DNA of 64,000 bases from an uncultured delta proteobacterium (GCA_963782055.1 CAWAIF010000003.1:1184001-1248000), one strand, 5' to 3'. Counted from the first letter of the stretch, positions 42,885 to 54,978 are shown. The notes: generated by a model not told the origin, from the sequence alone. Program-made: numbers and translations.

Positions 42885-43805
42885 ATGCGCTCCCGCCTGC
42901 TCACTCTCGGTCTCGTCGTGGGTCTCTCGCTCGGTGCGACCGGCTGCATCCAGAAGATGCTGACCGACGGCACCATCAAGTCGACACGCAAGGGCGCCGG
43001 CGCGCTCGACACCGTGGGCGACTACGACGTCGCGCGCGCCGCGGCGATGGCCGGCCTCGCCCAGTTCGAGGGCATGCACCGCCTCGCGCCGGACAACGAG
43101 GATGCCCTCTTCCTGCTCACCAAGGGCTGGGTGGGCTACGGCTTCGCCTTCGCCGAGGACGACATGGAGGCCGCCAAGCTCGCTGGCAACGACGAGCTGG
43201 CCGCGTACGACAGGAGCCGCGCACGCATGGCGTACGAGCGCGGCGTCTTCTACGGCCTGGAGCTCCTCGGCCACGAGGCCGAGGGCTTCAAGAAGGCCGA
43301 GACGAACGAGGACACCATCAAGAAGTGGCTGGACGCCAACTTCGACGACAAGGAGGACGCCGAGCCCCTCTTCTGGACCGGGTACGCCTGGCTGGCGCGC
43401 GTCAACGTCAACAAGGACAACCCGGCGATGATCGGCAACCTCTTCGTCGGCGTGGCCATGCTGGAGAAGAGCGTGCAGCTCGACCCCACCTACAACCACT
43501 GGGCCGGCACCGTGGCGCTGGCCTCGTACCACGCCCGCACCGCGATGGCGGAGCTGGACCAGGCCAAGCAGCTCTTCGAGGAGGCGCTCGCCAAGACGCA
43601 GCGCAAGAGCCTGGTGGTCCAGTACAACTACGCCGTCCGCTACGCCTGTTTGAAGGGCGACAAGGCGCTCTACGAGAAGCTCCTCAACGAGGTGCTCACC
43701 GCCAACGACCCCGACCCGCAGCAGCGGCTGACCAACGCCATCGCCAAGCGAAAGGCCAAGCGCGCCCTCAACCCGGACCGCGAGGAGGATTGCGGTTTCC
43801 CGTGA
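42885..43805 (+). CDS. TRAP transporter TatT component (TPR-like lipoprotein)
   Basis: Lipobox ATGC; helical TPR-like body ending RLTNAIAKRKA; directly upstream of dctP. Confidence 0.85.
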   Translation: MRSRLLTLGLVVGLSLGATGCIQKMLTDGTIKSTRKGAGALDTVGDYDVARAAAMAGLAQFEGMHRLAPDNEDALFLLTKGWVGYGFAFAEDDMEAAKLAGNDELAAYDRSRARMAYERGVFYGLELLGHEAEGFKKAETNEDTIKKWLDANFDDKEDAEPLFWTGYAWLARVNVNKDNPAMIGNLFVGVAMLEKSVQLDPTYNHWAGTVALASYHARTAMAELDQAKQLFEEALAKTQRKSLVVQYNYAVRYACLKGDKALYEKLLNEVLTANDPDPQQRLTNAIAKRKAKRALNPDREEDCGFP

Positions 43806-43963
43806 CGCGACGCGTCACCAGCTCTTTTCGCCTGCCCTGAATCCGCGCGCTCGACTACCGTCCAACGCTTGGCCAGGGCCCGGACTGCCGAGGCCCGCCC
43901 GTGCGCCGGCCAAACGGCGCTCTCAGGGGGCGCCGTGACTGAGACAAGGAGGATCTTCACGCC

Positions 43964-44953
43964 ATGCTTCGAAAGTTGATCGCATTCGCCGCCGCGGCGG
44001 CGCTGGTCCTCTCCTTCAGCCACCGCGCGCACGCCGGTACGGTCCTGAAGGTGGGTACGCTGGCCCCGGGCGAGTCCCCGTGGGGTCAGGTGTTCAAGGT
44101 CTGGAAGAAGGCCGTGAAGCAGAAGAGCGGCGGCTCGCTGGAGCTGCAGTTCTTCTGGAACGGCACCCAGGGCGACGAAGCCTCCATGGTCGGCAAGATC
44201 CGCACGGGTCAGCTCGATGGCGCCGCCATCACCGCCGTCGGCCTGGGGCAGATCTACAAGCAGGTCCTGGTGCTGCAGCTCCCCGGCCTGTACCAGTCGT
44301 GGGGCAAGCTGGACAACGCCCGCACGCAGATGCGCGGCAAGTTCGACAGCGAGTTCGGCAAGCAGGGCTTCAAGGTGCTCGGCTGGGGTGACGTCGGCCT
44401 TGCCCACGTGATGAGCAAGGGCTTCGCGGTGAAGTCGCCGGCGGACCTCAAGCACAAGAACACCTTCTTCCTGCCGGGCGATCCCATCGCCCCGGTGCTC
44501 TTCTCCCTCGTCGGAGACGTGACGCCGCGTCAGGTCGGCGTGACCGAGATCCTCCCCGGCCTCACCAACGGGACGATCAACGTGGTCACGGCGCCCGCGC
44601 TGGCCGCCGAGCAGCTCCAGTGGGCGAGCCGCCTGGACAACATCAACACCGAGACCGCTGCCTGCGGCATCGGCGCGCTCGTCTTCTCGTCGACGCGCAT
44701 CAAGGGGCTGCCGGCGGACGCGCAGGCCATCCTGATCGACACCGGCCGCCTCGCCGGGCGCGCGCTCACGACGCGCATCCGCAACGAGGACAACGCCGCG
44801 TTCAACCGCCTCAAGGCGCGCATGCACACCTACACGCCGACGGCGGCGGAGCAGGCCCAGTGGGCCAAGCTCTTCTCCGACACCCGCGCCCGCCTTCGCG
44901 GCACGGTGTTCAAGACGGACGTGTTCGACCAGGCCGTGCGCTACTCGCACTGA
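43964..44953 (+). CDS. dctP: TRAP transporter substrate-binding protein
   Basis: Signal peptide; LKVGTLAPGESPW, GTQGDE..KIRTGQLDG and SPADLK. Confidence 0.92.
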   Translation: MLRKLIAFAAAAALVLSFSHRAHAGTVLKVGTLAPGESPWGQVFKVWKKAVKQKSGGSLELQFFWNGTQGDEASMVGKIRTGQLDGAAITAVGLGQIYKQVLVLQLPGLYQSWGKLDNARTQMRGKFDSEFGKQGFKVLGWGDVGLAHVMSKGFAVKSPADLKHKNTFFLPGDPIAPVLFSLVGDVTPRQVGVTEILPGLTNGTINVVTAPALAAEQLQWASRLDNINTETAACGIGALVFSSTRIKGLPADAQAILIDTGRLAGRALTTRIRNEDNAAFNRLKARMHTYTPTAAEQAQWAKLFSDTRARLRGTVFKTDVFDQAVRYSH

Positions 44954-45079
44954 CCTCGTCCCCCGCAGCCGGCGAGCCACTTGGCCGCTGACTGAGCCAT
45001 GACCCTCCGCCCGCGCGGGCTGGAGGGTCATCGCTTTTTGTGCGGTCGGGCGGTGGGTTGCTCTACCCTTGCAGGTCGC

Positions 45080-46540
45080 ATGACGGACGAGAAGAAGGGC
45101 AGCGACGACGGCGAGAGCACCGCCGCCGGCGATCCGGGGGCGGTGGCGAAGGGCGAGGCGGAGGCGAAGGCCGCGAAGCCGGAGGCGGAGGCGGAGGCCG
45201 CGAAGCCGGAGGCGGAGGCGGAGGCCGCGAAGCCGGAGGCGGACGCCAGGGAGGACGCTGACGCGGACGCCGAGGCGAAGGCCGCGGACGCCGAAGTGGA
45301 CTCGCCCGCGGCGGAGGAGGTCAAGCCGGGCGCGGTGGACGAGGAGGAGGTGGAGCACGAGATGCCCGCCATCCACCACAACCCCGCGCCCACCGGCGCC
45401 GCCTGGATGCGGCCGCTCGTGAAGTTCGATGACTGGTGGACGCGCGTGGAGGCCAAGCTGGTGCTCTACGTCCTCTTCTCCGAGATCATCGCGATGTGCC
45501 TCTGGGTCGCGCTGAAGGGGATGAGCGCGGATTACCGGCCGGGCGGCGGCGACTATTCCGGCCTGGTCCTGCGGGCGGTGCTGGGGGCGTCGGTGCTGGG
45601 GGCGATCGTCAACCGCGCCCTGCGCCCCAAGGATCCCGAGGACCCCGGCCAGCGGACACGCCACCAGGTGGGCGTCACCGTCGCGGTGGCCTTCGGCCTG
45701 GCGGCCTCGCGCCTCTGGGCGAGCGCGGGGAGCGAGTACTTCTCCAACGTCCTCAACTGGCTGCAGAGCACCAGCACCCTCACCCTGCTGGGTGGCCTTC
45801 GCGGCGTCGCGACGCGCCTCACCCTGTGGGTCGCGCTGCTCGGCGGCTCGCTCGCCACGGCGCAGGGCAAGCACATCAACGTCGACGTGGTGATGCGCTT
45901 CCTCACCCCGAAGCTGCGCGTGCCCGTCGCCATCCTGGGCTGGGCGGTGGCGGCGACGGTGTGCCTCGCGGGGGCGTGGGGCTTCTTCGACCACCTCGCC
46001 ATCGCCGAGTTCAAGGTGACGCCGGCGGTCGCCTGCGCCGACGACCCGGCCAAGATGTGCGACACGCCCGCCAGCGAGAAGATGAAGAAGGTGCGCCACG
46101 AGATGATGCGCGACTTCTTCCTCACCCGCCGTCAGCTCGCGCTGGACGTCGTCAGCGCGCCGCGCGTTCTCACCGGCGCCAAGTACGAGAACTACCTCCA
46201 CGCGGCGCGGTGGAACGAGTGGATGCGCGCCGGCGACTGGGAGGCCTACTTCGACAAGGACGACGTGGCCGGACAGATGATGGACGAGTCGGACGCCAAC
46301 GCCACCCGCCTGCCGATCATCAACATCCCTGGCTCGGGGGACAACACCAACGGCCTGCTCATCCGCGACCTGGACTTCGTCTTTCCCTTCGGTCTGCTGA
46401 TGATCGCGCTGCGCTTCCTCTTGCGGTGCCTGCTGGCGGCCACCGGGTGGGTGCGCGTCGACATCGACGCCGCCCACGACGAGGAGGACATCGACGACGT
46501 CCACGAGCCCCACGCCGCGAAGAAGGAGGGGGCATCGTGA
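45080..46540 (+). CDS. TRAP small permease DctQ-like, unusually long (486 aa)
   Basis: LWVALLGGSLAT..HINVD and PFGLLMIALRF; lies between dctP and dctM. Confidence 0.85.
   Translation: MTDEKKGSDDGESTAAGDPGAVAKGEAEAKAAKPEAEAEAAKPEAEAEAAKPEADAREDADADAEAKAADAEVDSPAAEEVKPGAVDEEEVEHEMPAIHHNPAPTGAAWMRPLVKFDDWWTRVEAKLVLYVLFSEIIAMCLWVALKGMSADYRPGGGDYSGLVLRAVLGASVLGAIVNRALRPKDPEDPGQRTRHQVGVTVAVAFGLAASRLWASAGSEYFSNVLNWLQSTSTLTLLGGLRGVATRLTLWVALLGGSLATAQGKHINVDVVMRFLTPKLRVPVAILGWAVAATVCLAGAWGFFDHLAIAEFKVTPAVACADDPAKMCDTPASEKMKKVRHEMMRDFFLTRRQLALDVVSAPRVLTGAKYENYLHAARWNEWMRAGDWEAYFDKDDVAGQMMDESDANATRLPIINIPGSGDNTNGLLIRDLDFVFPFGLLMIALRFLLRCLLAATGWVRVDIDAAHDEEDIDDVHEPHAAKKEGAS
45155..45243. repeat. Coding 27-bp tandem repeat, about 3.3 copies (EAEA[K/E]AAKP)
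   Basis: GAGGCGGAGGCG[A/G]AGGCCGCGAAGCCG x3 in the DctQ N-terminus. Confidence 0.85.
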
Positions 46541-48312
46541 GCGCCAAGACCAAGGCGCCGGACGCGCCGAAGGGATCGGCGGCGAGCCTCGGCCTCGTCG
46601 GGGCGGTCGTCGCCGCGATCGGGGCGATCGGCGGCCCGCTCGCCGGCATGGTCATCGCCCTCGCGCTGCTGGGCACGCCGCTCTTCGCGATCATGGGGGG
46701 CGCCAGCGAGCTCCTCTGGTTCACCCACAAGAACCCGGAGTACCACCACCTCCGCTACATCGCCGCGAACATCCTCACCGAGCAGTTCGCCGGGTCGCCC
46801 ATCCTCGTCACCATCCCGCTCTTCACCTTCATCGGCTACGTGCTGGCCGAGTCGAAGACGGCGGAGCGGCTGGTGCGCACGTCGGGCGCGCTCGTCGGCT
46901 GGCTGCCGGGCGGCCTCGCCATCGTGTGCGTGCTCGCGAGCGCGGTGTTCACCCTCTTCACCGGCGGCAGCGGCGTCACCATCATCGCCATCGGCGGCCT
47001 GCTCTACCCCGCGCTGCGCAAGGAGGGCTACTCCGAGCGCTTCTCGCTGGGCGTGGTGACCACCGGCGGGTCCATCGGCCTGCTCTTGCCCTTCTCCGTC
47101 CCGCTGATGGTCTACTCCATCGTCGGGCACGTCGACATCGAGTACGCCAACAAGGCGGTCATCGCGCCGGGCATCCTCGTCGTCTTGCTGTTCTCCGCGT
47201 ACGCCATCTACGTCGGCGTGAAGGAGAAGATCCCGCGCAAGCGCTTCGTGCTCGCCGACGTGGGCACCTCGCTCTGGACGCTGAAGTGGGAGCTGGGCAT
47301 CCCCGTGGTGCTCATCGTCGGCTTCAAGTGGGGCGGGCTGCAGCTCGACGAGCTGGCGGGCGCGCTCGCCCTCTACACCGTCATCGCCGAGGTCTTCTTC
47401 TACAAGGACCTCTCGCTCAAGAAGGACCTGCCGCGCATCGCCAAGGCGTCGCTCGCGCTGGGCGGCGCGATCATCCTCATCCTGTCGATGGCCAACGCGC
47501 TCATCAACTACGTGGTGCAGGAGAAGATCCCCGACGCGGTCCTCACCTTCATGCTGCACATGGGCATCGACTCGACGCCCAAGTTCCTCATCGCGATGAA
47601 CATCTTCCTGCTGGTCATCGGCATGTTGATGGAGGGCTTCAGCGCGATCCTCGTCGGCGTCCCGCTGATCCTGCCATTCGCCGCGCGCTTCCACCTCGGG
47701 CCGTTCCACGTGGCGATGATCTTCCTCATCAACCTGGAGCTCGCCTACTGCACGCCGCCCCTCGGGCTGAACCTGTTCATCTCCAGCTTCCGCTTCGGGC
47801 GGCCGGCGACGAGCCTCTATCGGCCCATCTTGCCCTTCTTGGGCGTACTGCTCGCGTCGCTGTTGATCATCAGCTACGTGCCGGGCCTGAGCACGATCAT
47901 GGTCCAGAAGGACATCGACGCCGCCCGCGCGAAGGCGGAGGCCATGGGCGCGCCGCCGACGGAGGCCTGGAAGCTGGAGTGCGTCCAGGACGACCCGAAC
48001 AACCCGCTGCCCTGCACCGACGCGGACCGCAAGAAATACCCGAACGGGCAGCTCCCGGAGCCACCCAGCGTCGTCGAGCAGCCCAAGGAGGACGCCGGCA
48101 CCGGCTCGAGCGACCAGGATCTGCTCAACCAGATGCTGGGCGGCGACGAGGACGCTGGCGCGGGCGGCGGCAACAGCGACGACGACCTGCTCAACCAGAT
48201 GCTCAACGCCGGTGGCCCGGACGCGGGAGCCCCCGCCCCTGCCCCGAAGGCCACGAGTGACGACGACCTGTTCAACCAGATGATGCAGGCCGGCGACGAC
48301 GGCGGCCCCTGA
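46537..48312 (+). CDS. dctM: TRAP large permease DctM with C-terminal extension
   Basis: IPLFTFIG, TGGSGVTIIAIG, GSIGLLLP and TPPLGLNLF; GTGA overlap with dctQ. Confidence 0.92.
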   Translation: MSAKTKAPDAPKGSAASLGLVGAVVAAIGAIGGPLAGMVIALALLGTPLFAIMGGASELLWFTHKNPEYHHLRYIAANILTEQFAGSPILVTIPLFTFIGYVLAESKTAERLVRTSGALVGWLPGGLAIVCVLASAVFTLFTGGSGVTIIAIGGLLYPALRKEGYSERFSLGVVTTGGSIGLLLPFSVPLMVYSIVGHVDIEYANKAVIAPGILVVLLFSAYAIYVGVKEKIPRKRFVLADVGTSLWTLKWELGIPVVLIVGFKWGGLQLDELAGALALYTVIAEVFFYKDLSLKKDLPRIAKASLALGGAIILILSMANALINYVVQEKIPDAVLTFMLHMGIDSTPKFLIAMNIFLLVIGMLMEGFSAILVGVPLILPFAARFHLGPFHVAMIFLINLELAYCTPPLGLNLFISSFRFGRPATSLYRPILPFLGVLLASLLIISYVPGLSTIMVQKDIDAARAKAEAMGAPPTEAWKLECVQDDPNNPLPCTDADRKKYPNGQLPEPPSVVEQPKEDAGTGSSDQDLLNQMLGGDEDAGAGGGNSDDDLLNQMLNAGGPDAGAPAPAPKATSDDDLFNQMMQAGDDGGP

Positions 48313-48978
48313 TCACATGCGTGCGCTCGCCGGCTGCGCGTCGGCGTCGTGCTCGGCGTACGGCAGCTCGCTGCGGTAGGTGTAGGCCTCCGTCTGCCCG
48401 TGCTCCTCGGTGTGGCGCTCGCACCACCACCACTCGCCGCCGCTGCGCGAGCGGACCGCCAGGCACGCCTGGCAGATCGACCCGGGTCGCGGCGTCTCGT
48501 CGTCGAAGGCCCCGGCGGGCTTGGGGCCGGCGTCCAGCACCGGGCAGCCCGCGCAGCGCACGACGCGCTCGGTCACCGAGCCGAGGATGAGCCGCTTGAT
48601 GTGCGGCGGCCGCTGCGTCCCGAGGACGATCAGGTCCGCGGCGATCTCGCGGGCGAGCTGCACGACCTCGTGCGCGGGGTTTCCCATCCGGACGTGGATG
48701 CCCACCCCCGCGCGCGCCAGTCCGCCCAGCGCCTCCGCCTGCTCGGCGACGTAGACACGAACGTTCGCGGCGGTCTTCTCGAGCAAGTCCTCCGCGTCCG
48801 CCTCCCCGCCGTCCTTCACGACGTGGATCACGTGGAGCTTGCTCCCCGGCACCCGCATCGCCACTCGCGCGGCCTGGTCGAGCGCGTACCGGCTCGCCTC
48901 ACCGAGGTCGATGCCGACCACGATGACGAAGGCGCGTCGCTCTCGACCGAGAGTCCTGTTCTGGGCGTTCTTCACCAT
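48313..48978 (-). CDS. Universal stress protein with C-terminal CxxC...CxxH motif
   Basis: IVVGID, ADLIVLGT and LGSVTERVVR..CPVL; CQAC and WCERH; AAGGAGG RBS. Confidence 0.9.
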   Translation of the reverse strand: MVKNAQNRTLGRERRAFVIVVGIDLGEASRYALDQAARVAMRVPGSKLHVIHVVKDGGEADAEDLLEKTAANVRVYVAEQAEALGGLARAGVGIHVRMGNPAHEVVQLAREIAADLIVLGTQRPPHIKRLILGSVTERVVRCAGCPVLDAGPKPAGAFDDETPRPGSICQACLAVRSRSGGEWWWCERHTEEHGQTEAYTYRSELPYAEHDADAQPASARM

Positions 48979-48989
48979 GGGCTCCTCCT

Positions 48990-49460
48990 TCAATTGCTGA
49001 GGGGTAGTAGGTTGTTGACGGCAGCACGCAGGTCGTCGAGCGCGAACGGCTTGTCGAAGAGGACGGCGCCGAGATCCTCCGCGCGTGAGCGGGTCTCGTC
49101 GTCGCCGAAAGCGGTCATCAGGATGACCGGCACGCGCCAGTGGGCGTCGCGCAGGCCTTTGAGGATTTGCAGCCCGCTCGAGACGGGCATGCGAATGTCG
49201 GAGATGATGAGGTCGATGGCCTCGTCCGGCCGCGTGTATTGCGCGGCGATCTTGACCAGCATGCGCCCCCCGTCTGCGGCCTCCTCGACCTCGTAGCCGT
49301 CCTTGCGCAGCGCCCCGACCACGAGACGCCGCATCTCGATGTCGTCCTCGGCCACTAGGATGCGAGGACGCCGGTTGAGGTCGCGCTCGGGTGCAGGCGC
49401 AGCGGCGCGAAGCTTTCCCGAGGAGGCGAGGTTGCGTGGGGGTGACTCATCGATTGCCAT
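48990..49460 (-). CDS. Single-domain response regulator
   Basis: ILVAEDD, ISDIRMP, MTAF and DKPF. Confidence 0.92.
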   Translation of the reverse strand: MAIDESPPRNLASSGKLRAAAPAPERDLNRRPRILVAEDDIEMRRLVVGALRKDGYEVEEAADGGRMLVKIAAQYTRPDEAIDLIISDIRMPVSSGLQILKGLRDAHWRVPVILMTAFGDDETRSRAEDLGAVLFDKPFALDDLRAAVNNLLPLSN

Positions 49461-49484
49461 GAGGCTCCTTTCCGCCTCACGACT

Positions 49485-49500
49485 TGCATGCCACGTGCCA
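49485..49500 (-). promoter_or_regulatory. Candidate sigma-54 -24/-12 promoter for the RR-USP genes
   Basis: Minus strand TGGCACG-TGGC-ATGCA, 24 nt before ATG 49460 and just downstream of the NtrC-type gene. Confidence 0.6.
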
Positions 49501-49514
49501 CGCGGCGGATGTGC

Positions 49515-51043
<1,529 letters not shown>

Positions 51044-51047
<4 letters not shown>

Positions 51048-52444
51048 GCGTTGCGGGGCAGATGGACCCTGAAGGTGGTACCGCGTCCTGGCGCGCTGTC
51101 TACCGTGATCCAACCGCCGTGGTCCCGAATGATTCCATACGAGACGGCCAGGCCGAGCCCGGTGCCCTCACCGACGTCCTTCGTGGTGAAGAAGGGCTCG
51201 AAGATGTGGGGCAGGTGCTCCTTGGCGATACCCGCGCCGTCGTCGCGTACTTCCAGGCACAGGCAGTCGGTGGCCACCTCGCCCATGCCGGCGGGCGGCA
51301 TCACCGCCTCGTCGCTCAAGCTGGTGGTCACCGTGCCTCCCTCGGGCATGGCCTGCATGGCGTTCATGACCAGGTTCGTCAGCACCTGTTGCACCTGGGC
51401 GGCGTCGATCGAGACGCGCGTGTCCTCGGTGCCGATGACGAGCTCCAGCTCCACCGTGCGCTTCTTGGCCAGGGGCCGGAGCAAATCCATCGTCTCGCGG
51501 CAGAGGTCGGCGACGTCCTCCTGGGCCTTCTGCAGGCCCGTCCGGCGCGCAAACTGCATGAGCTGCCGGATGATCCTGGTCATCCGCTCGCTCGCGCCGG
51601 CGATGACCCGCGCGTAGTCGCGGGCCTCGTCGGGTGTCGCCTCCCCGGAGGCGATCATTCCGGCCCGGGCGGACACCACGTTGAGCGGCGTGCCGAGCTC
51701 GTGCGCCAGACCGGACGCGAGCTTGCCCACCGTGGCGAGGCGGTCGGCGTGGCGGAGCTGCTCGAGCGTGGTGGCGAGCTTGTCGCTCATCGCGTTCATC
51801 TCCTTGGCGAGGTCGGCCAGCTCGTCCCGTGGTCGCAGGACCACCGGCCCGCTGAAATCGCCGTGGCCCACGCGCCGCGCCTTGTCGGAGAGGATCGCCA
51901 CGGGGCCGCCGACCAGCCACTGGCCGAGCGCGAACGCGAGCACCGCGCTCACCAGCACGAGCGCGCCGGCGCTCGCCACGGTGTCCACGATGGTGCTCTG
52001 GGTGAAGCGCGCCTCGCTCGTCGCCGGCTCCGAGAGCTCGATGGCGCCGGCGCGACGGCTGTCGATGTCGAGCGGGACGTAAGTGTACCAGTGTGGCTCC
52101 GGGTTGTGCACGAAGCGCGTGACCGGCTCCCCCGACTCGGTCGCGGCGAGCACCTCCGGGTCGATGTTCATCTCGCTGACCTGCTCGGCGTCGAGCCAGC
52201 GGATGTGGATGCGCTTGAAGTGCCCGTTGACCGCGTTGACGGTCTTGATCGCGGCGGTGCGGCCCTCCGTCGTCCACATCGCCGACACGGCCGCGCCGAG
52301 GGAGCGGCCGATCATCTCGTGATCGCGCATGCGATCCGACTCGAAGAAGGCGACCTCGCGCCGGACCCGGAAGTAGCCGTTGATCGCCAGGATGACGCAC
52401 GTGCCCGCCACCAGCGCGAGCGTGAGCTTGGGAACGATTCGCAT
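51044..52444 (-). CDS. HAMP-domain sensor histidine kinase
   Basis: Two TM segments and HAMP; AHELGTPL, NLVMNA, DDGAG and FFTTK..GTGLGL. Confidence 0.96.
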
Positions 52445-52720
52445 GGCCTTCTCCGGGGCGTCGCGTGCGGGCGCGCACGAACGCTAGCGCGTCACGCGCG
52501 CAATGGAAGATAGCGTGGCGTTTCGCCACAGGCGCCCCGATACGCCACGCACCTCCTCGACCTTCTTAGCAAATTCGAGTGGGTTCCTCGCGGAGGACGC
52601 GCAGGGTGCCTCCCGGCACACGCCGTGCAAAAAGCGGGGGAAGAGCGCCAGTCTGGGAGCGGCAAGTGGCCGCCGCTGGAGCGCGTCGACCGGGGAGCGG
52701 TCGACGCCCGCTCGCCAACT

Positions 52721-54112
52721 TCAGAGACGGATCGTCTTCCACGCACCCCGCCAGAACTTGATGCTCATGGTCACCGCGGCGAGCACGGCGTAAGCGCAGG
52801 CCGTCATCCAGATGCCGAGCAGGCCGTACCCGAGCTTCAGCCCGAGGAGGTATGCGCCGGGCACGAGCAGGCCGAACACCAGCACCAGCTGCGCGGCGGC
52901 GACGAACTTGGGGCTGCCCGCACCGAAGAGCGCCTCGCTCAGGATGAGCGCCACGCTGATGAGGGGCGTCACGATGGCCATCAGCAGCATGGGGACCATC
53001 ATCGCCTCGCGCACCCTCACGCTCTGCGTGAGGAAGTCGATGAGCGGCGCGCGGAAGACGAGGCCCTCCAGCAGCCCCACGACCCCGAAGACAAGCAGCC
53101 CGAGGCGCACGCTCGTCCAGCCGTAGCGGGACGCCTCGTCCGGCTTGTTGCGGCCGAGCGACTGGCTCACCAGGGTGGCTGTCGCCGTCCCGAAGGCGAT
53201 GCACGCGGTGAAGGTGAGCTTGAGGATCTCGATGATGTCGGTCGTGGCCGCGGCGTTGACGGCCTCCACGTGGTGGCGGTCCAGCCGCCCGACGATGCGC
53301 GAGAAGAGCCCGAAGCCCGCCATCATCACGATCGTCGCGAGCGCGGCGGGCATGCTCAGCTTGAACATGTCCCACGTGAGGCGGCGCGAGAGGTTGGACC
53401 AGCGGAGCGGGTGGAACTCCTTCCGGTGCCAGAAGACGTAGACCAGCATGATGGCGAGGCCGACCCACGTGGCGAGGAACGCCGAGAGACCGGCGCCCGG
53501 CGCGCCGAGGGCGGGCGCCCCGAAGTGGCCGAAGATGAACGTCCAGCAGAGAAGGACGTTGACCGCGTTCATCACGAAGGAGGCGACGAAGTGGTAGGTG
53601 GTCTTGCCGGTGCCGTCGAAGAAGCCCTTCACGGCCATCGTCATGGACATCGAGACGAAGCCGAGCAGGCGCCAGCGCGAGTACGCGATGCCGATCACGC
53701 GCACCGCGTGGACCGGGATCATGAAGTGCAGGATGACGGGGATGGAGAAGTAGCCGAGGACGGTGAAGAGCACCCCGCCCACCAGCGTGAACCACATGCC
53801 GTTGGCGAGGACGGCGCCGGCGTCCTCGTGCTTGTGCTCGGCGAAGCGCCGCGCGGTGAGGGCCTGCGTGCCGACGCTGATGGCGCCGAGCGACCCGCCG
53901 AAGAGCCAGACGATGATGAGCGACGGCAGCAGGGCCGCCTGCGCGTTGGAGGCCATCGTCTTGTCGGGCAGGTGCGAGAAGAAGACGACGTCGATGTCGT
54001 TGACGATGCTCTGCAGCAGCATCGCGAAGACCGTGGGCGTCGCGAGCTTGAGGATCGTCCACGTCTTGTTGCCCTCGAAATCGATGGGTGTGGAGATGCT
54101 CGCGGAGCCCAT
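52721..54112 (-). CDS. MATE family efflux transporter
   Basis: ILKLATP, DIDVVF, NVLLCWTFIFG..PALGAPGA and GLLGIW; about 12 TM. Confidence 0.92.
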   Translation of the reverse strand: MGSASISTPIDFEGNKTWTILKLATPTVFAMLLQSIVNDIDVVFFSHLPDKTMASNAQAALLPSLIIVWLFGGSLGAISVGTQALTARRFAEHKHEDAGAVLANGMWFTLVGGVLFTVLGYFSIPVILHFMIPVHAVRVIGIAYSRWRLLGFVSMSMTMAVKGFFDGTGKTTYHFVASFVMNAVNVLLCWTFIFGHFGAPALGAPGAGLSAFLATWVGLAIMLVYVFWHRKEFHPLRWSNLSRRLTWDMFKLSMPAALATIVMMAGFGLFSRIVGRLDRHHVEAVNAAATTDIIEILKLTFTACIAFGTATATLVSQSLGRNKPDEASRYGWTSVRLGLLVFGVVGLLEGLVFRAPLIDFLTQSVRVREAMMVPMLLMAIVTPLISVALILSEALFGAGSPKFVAAAQLVLVFGLLVPGAYLLGLKLGYGLLGIWMTACAYAVLAAVTMSIKFWRGAWKTIRL

Positions 54113-54231
54113 GAGAGGCCGCGGATCCCGGCGTGGCCGTGAGGCCGGGGACGCGGCAGGTGCTCCTTACGGCACCCTGGCATGCTTGACAAGTTGACAA
54201 CCTGGCGGGACCCGTTGCAAACCGGTGGAAC

Positions 54232-54978
54232 ATGAGCCGCGTAGCCATCCGTCGAACGCTGGCCGCCCTCGCCTGGGGGGGCGCGCTCGTCGTCTCCGTG
54301 GGCCTGGGGTGCGGCGGCCTGAAGTACCCCAGCTGCGAGAGCGACGAGGACTGCACGGCCGACGGTCACACCGGCGTGTGCGTCGCCGGCAAGTGCGTGG
54401 AGTGCCGGGACGACGCGGCGTGCGGGACGGGCAAGTCGTGCGACGAGGGCAAGTGCGTGGCGATCCCCGGCTACTGCGACGACTCCAAGGCGTGCGAGCA
54501 GGGGTCCACGTGCGGCAAGGACCACCGCTGCAAGAAGGTGGTGGCGTCCGTCGCACCGAAGGAGTGCGACGACGACAACCCCTGCGCCGACCCGAAGCAG
54601 CACTGCCAGAACGGCCACTGCGTCTCCCCGCCCAACGGCGGGCCCGGCTGCACCGACTTTCCCGCGCCGACCTTCAGCTTCGAGTCGCCGGAGGTGCAGG
54701 GCCAGGCGAAGAAGACGCTGGACCGGCTGGTGGGGTGCCTGAACAAGTCGCTCAAGGGCGCGCACGTGCTGCTCGTCGGCCACTGCGACGCGCGTGGCGA
54801 GTACGAGTTCAACATGGGTCTGGGTGCGCAGCGCGCGGAGGGGGTCAAGGGCTACCTCACGACGGCCGGCATCCCCGCCGACATCATCGCGACCTCCTCC
54901 CGCGGGAAGCTGGACGCGACTGGCACCGACGAGGCGGGCTGGCAGCACGACCGCCGGGTCGACATCGAGATCCGCTGA
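54232..54978 (+). CDS. OmpA/Pal-family peptidoglycan-binding lipoprotein with Cys-rich repeats
   Basis: Lipobox GLGC; about four Cys-rich modules; GHCDARGEYEFNMGLGAQRA and DRRVDI. Confidence 0.9.
   Translation: MSRVAIRRTLAALAWGGALVVSVGLGCGGLKYPSCESDEDCTADGHTGVCVAGKCVECRDDAACGTGKSCDEGKCVAIPGYCDDSKACEQGSTCGKDHRCKKVVASVAPKECDDDNPCADPKQHCQNGHCVSPPNGGPGCTDFPAPTFSFESPEVQGQAKKTLDRLVGCLNKSLKGAHVLLVGHCDARGEYEFNMGLGAQRAEGVKGYLTTAGIPADIIATSSRGKLDATGTDEAGWQHDRRVDIEIR

Noticed and set aside
52614..52629. Sigma-54-like motif CGGCACACGCCGTGCA on the plus strand
   Set aside because: Points into the 3' end of the MATE gene with no credible plus-strand gene; may be chance.
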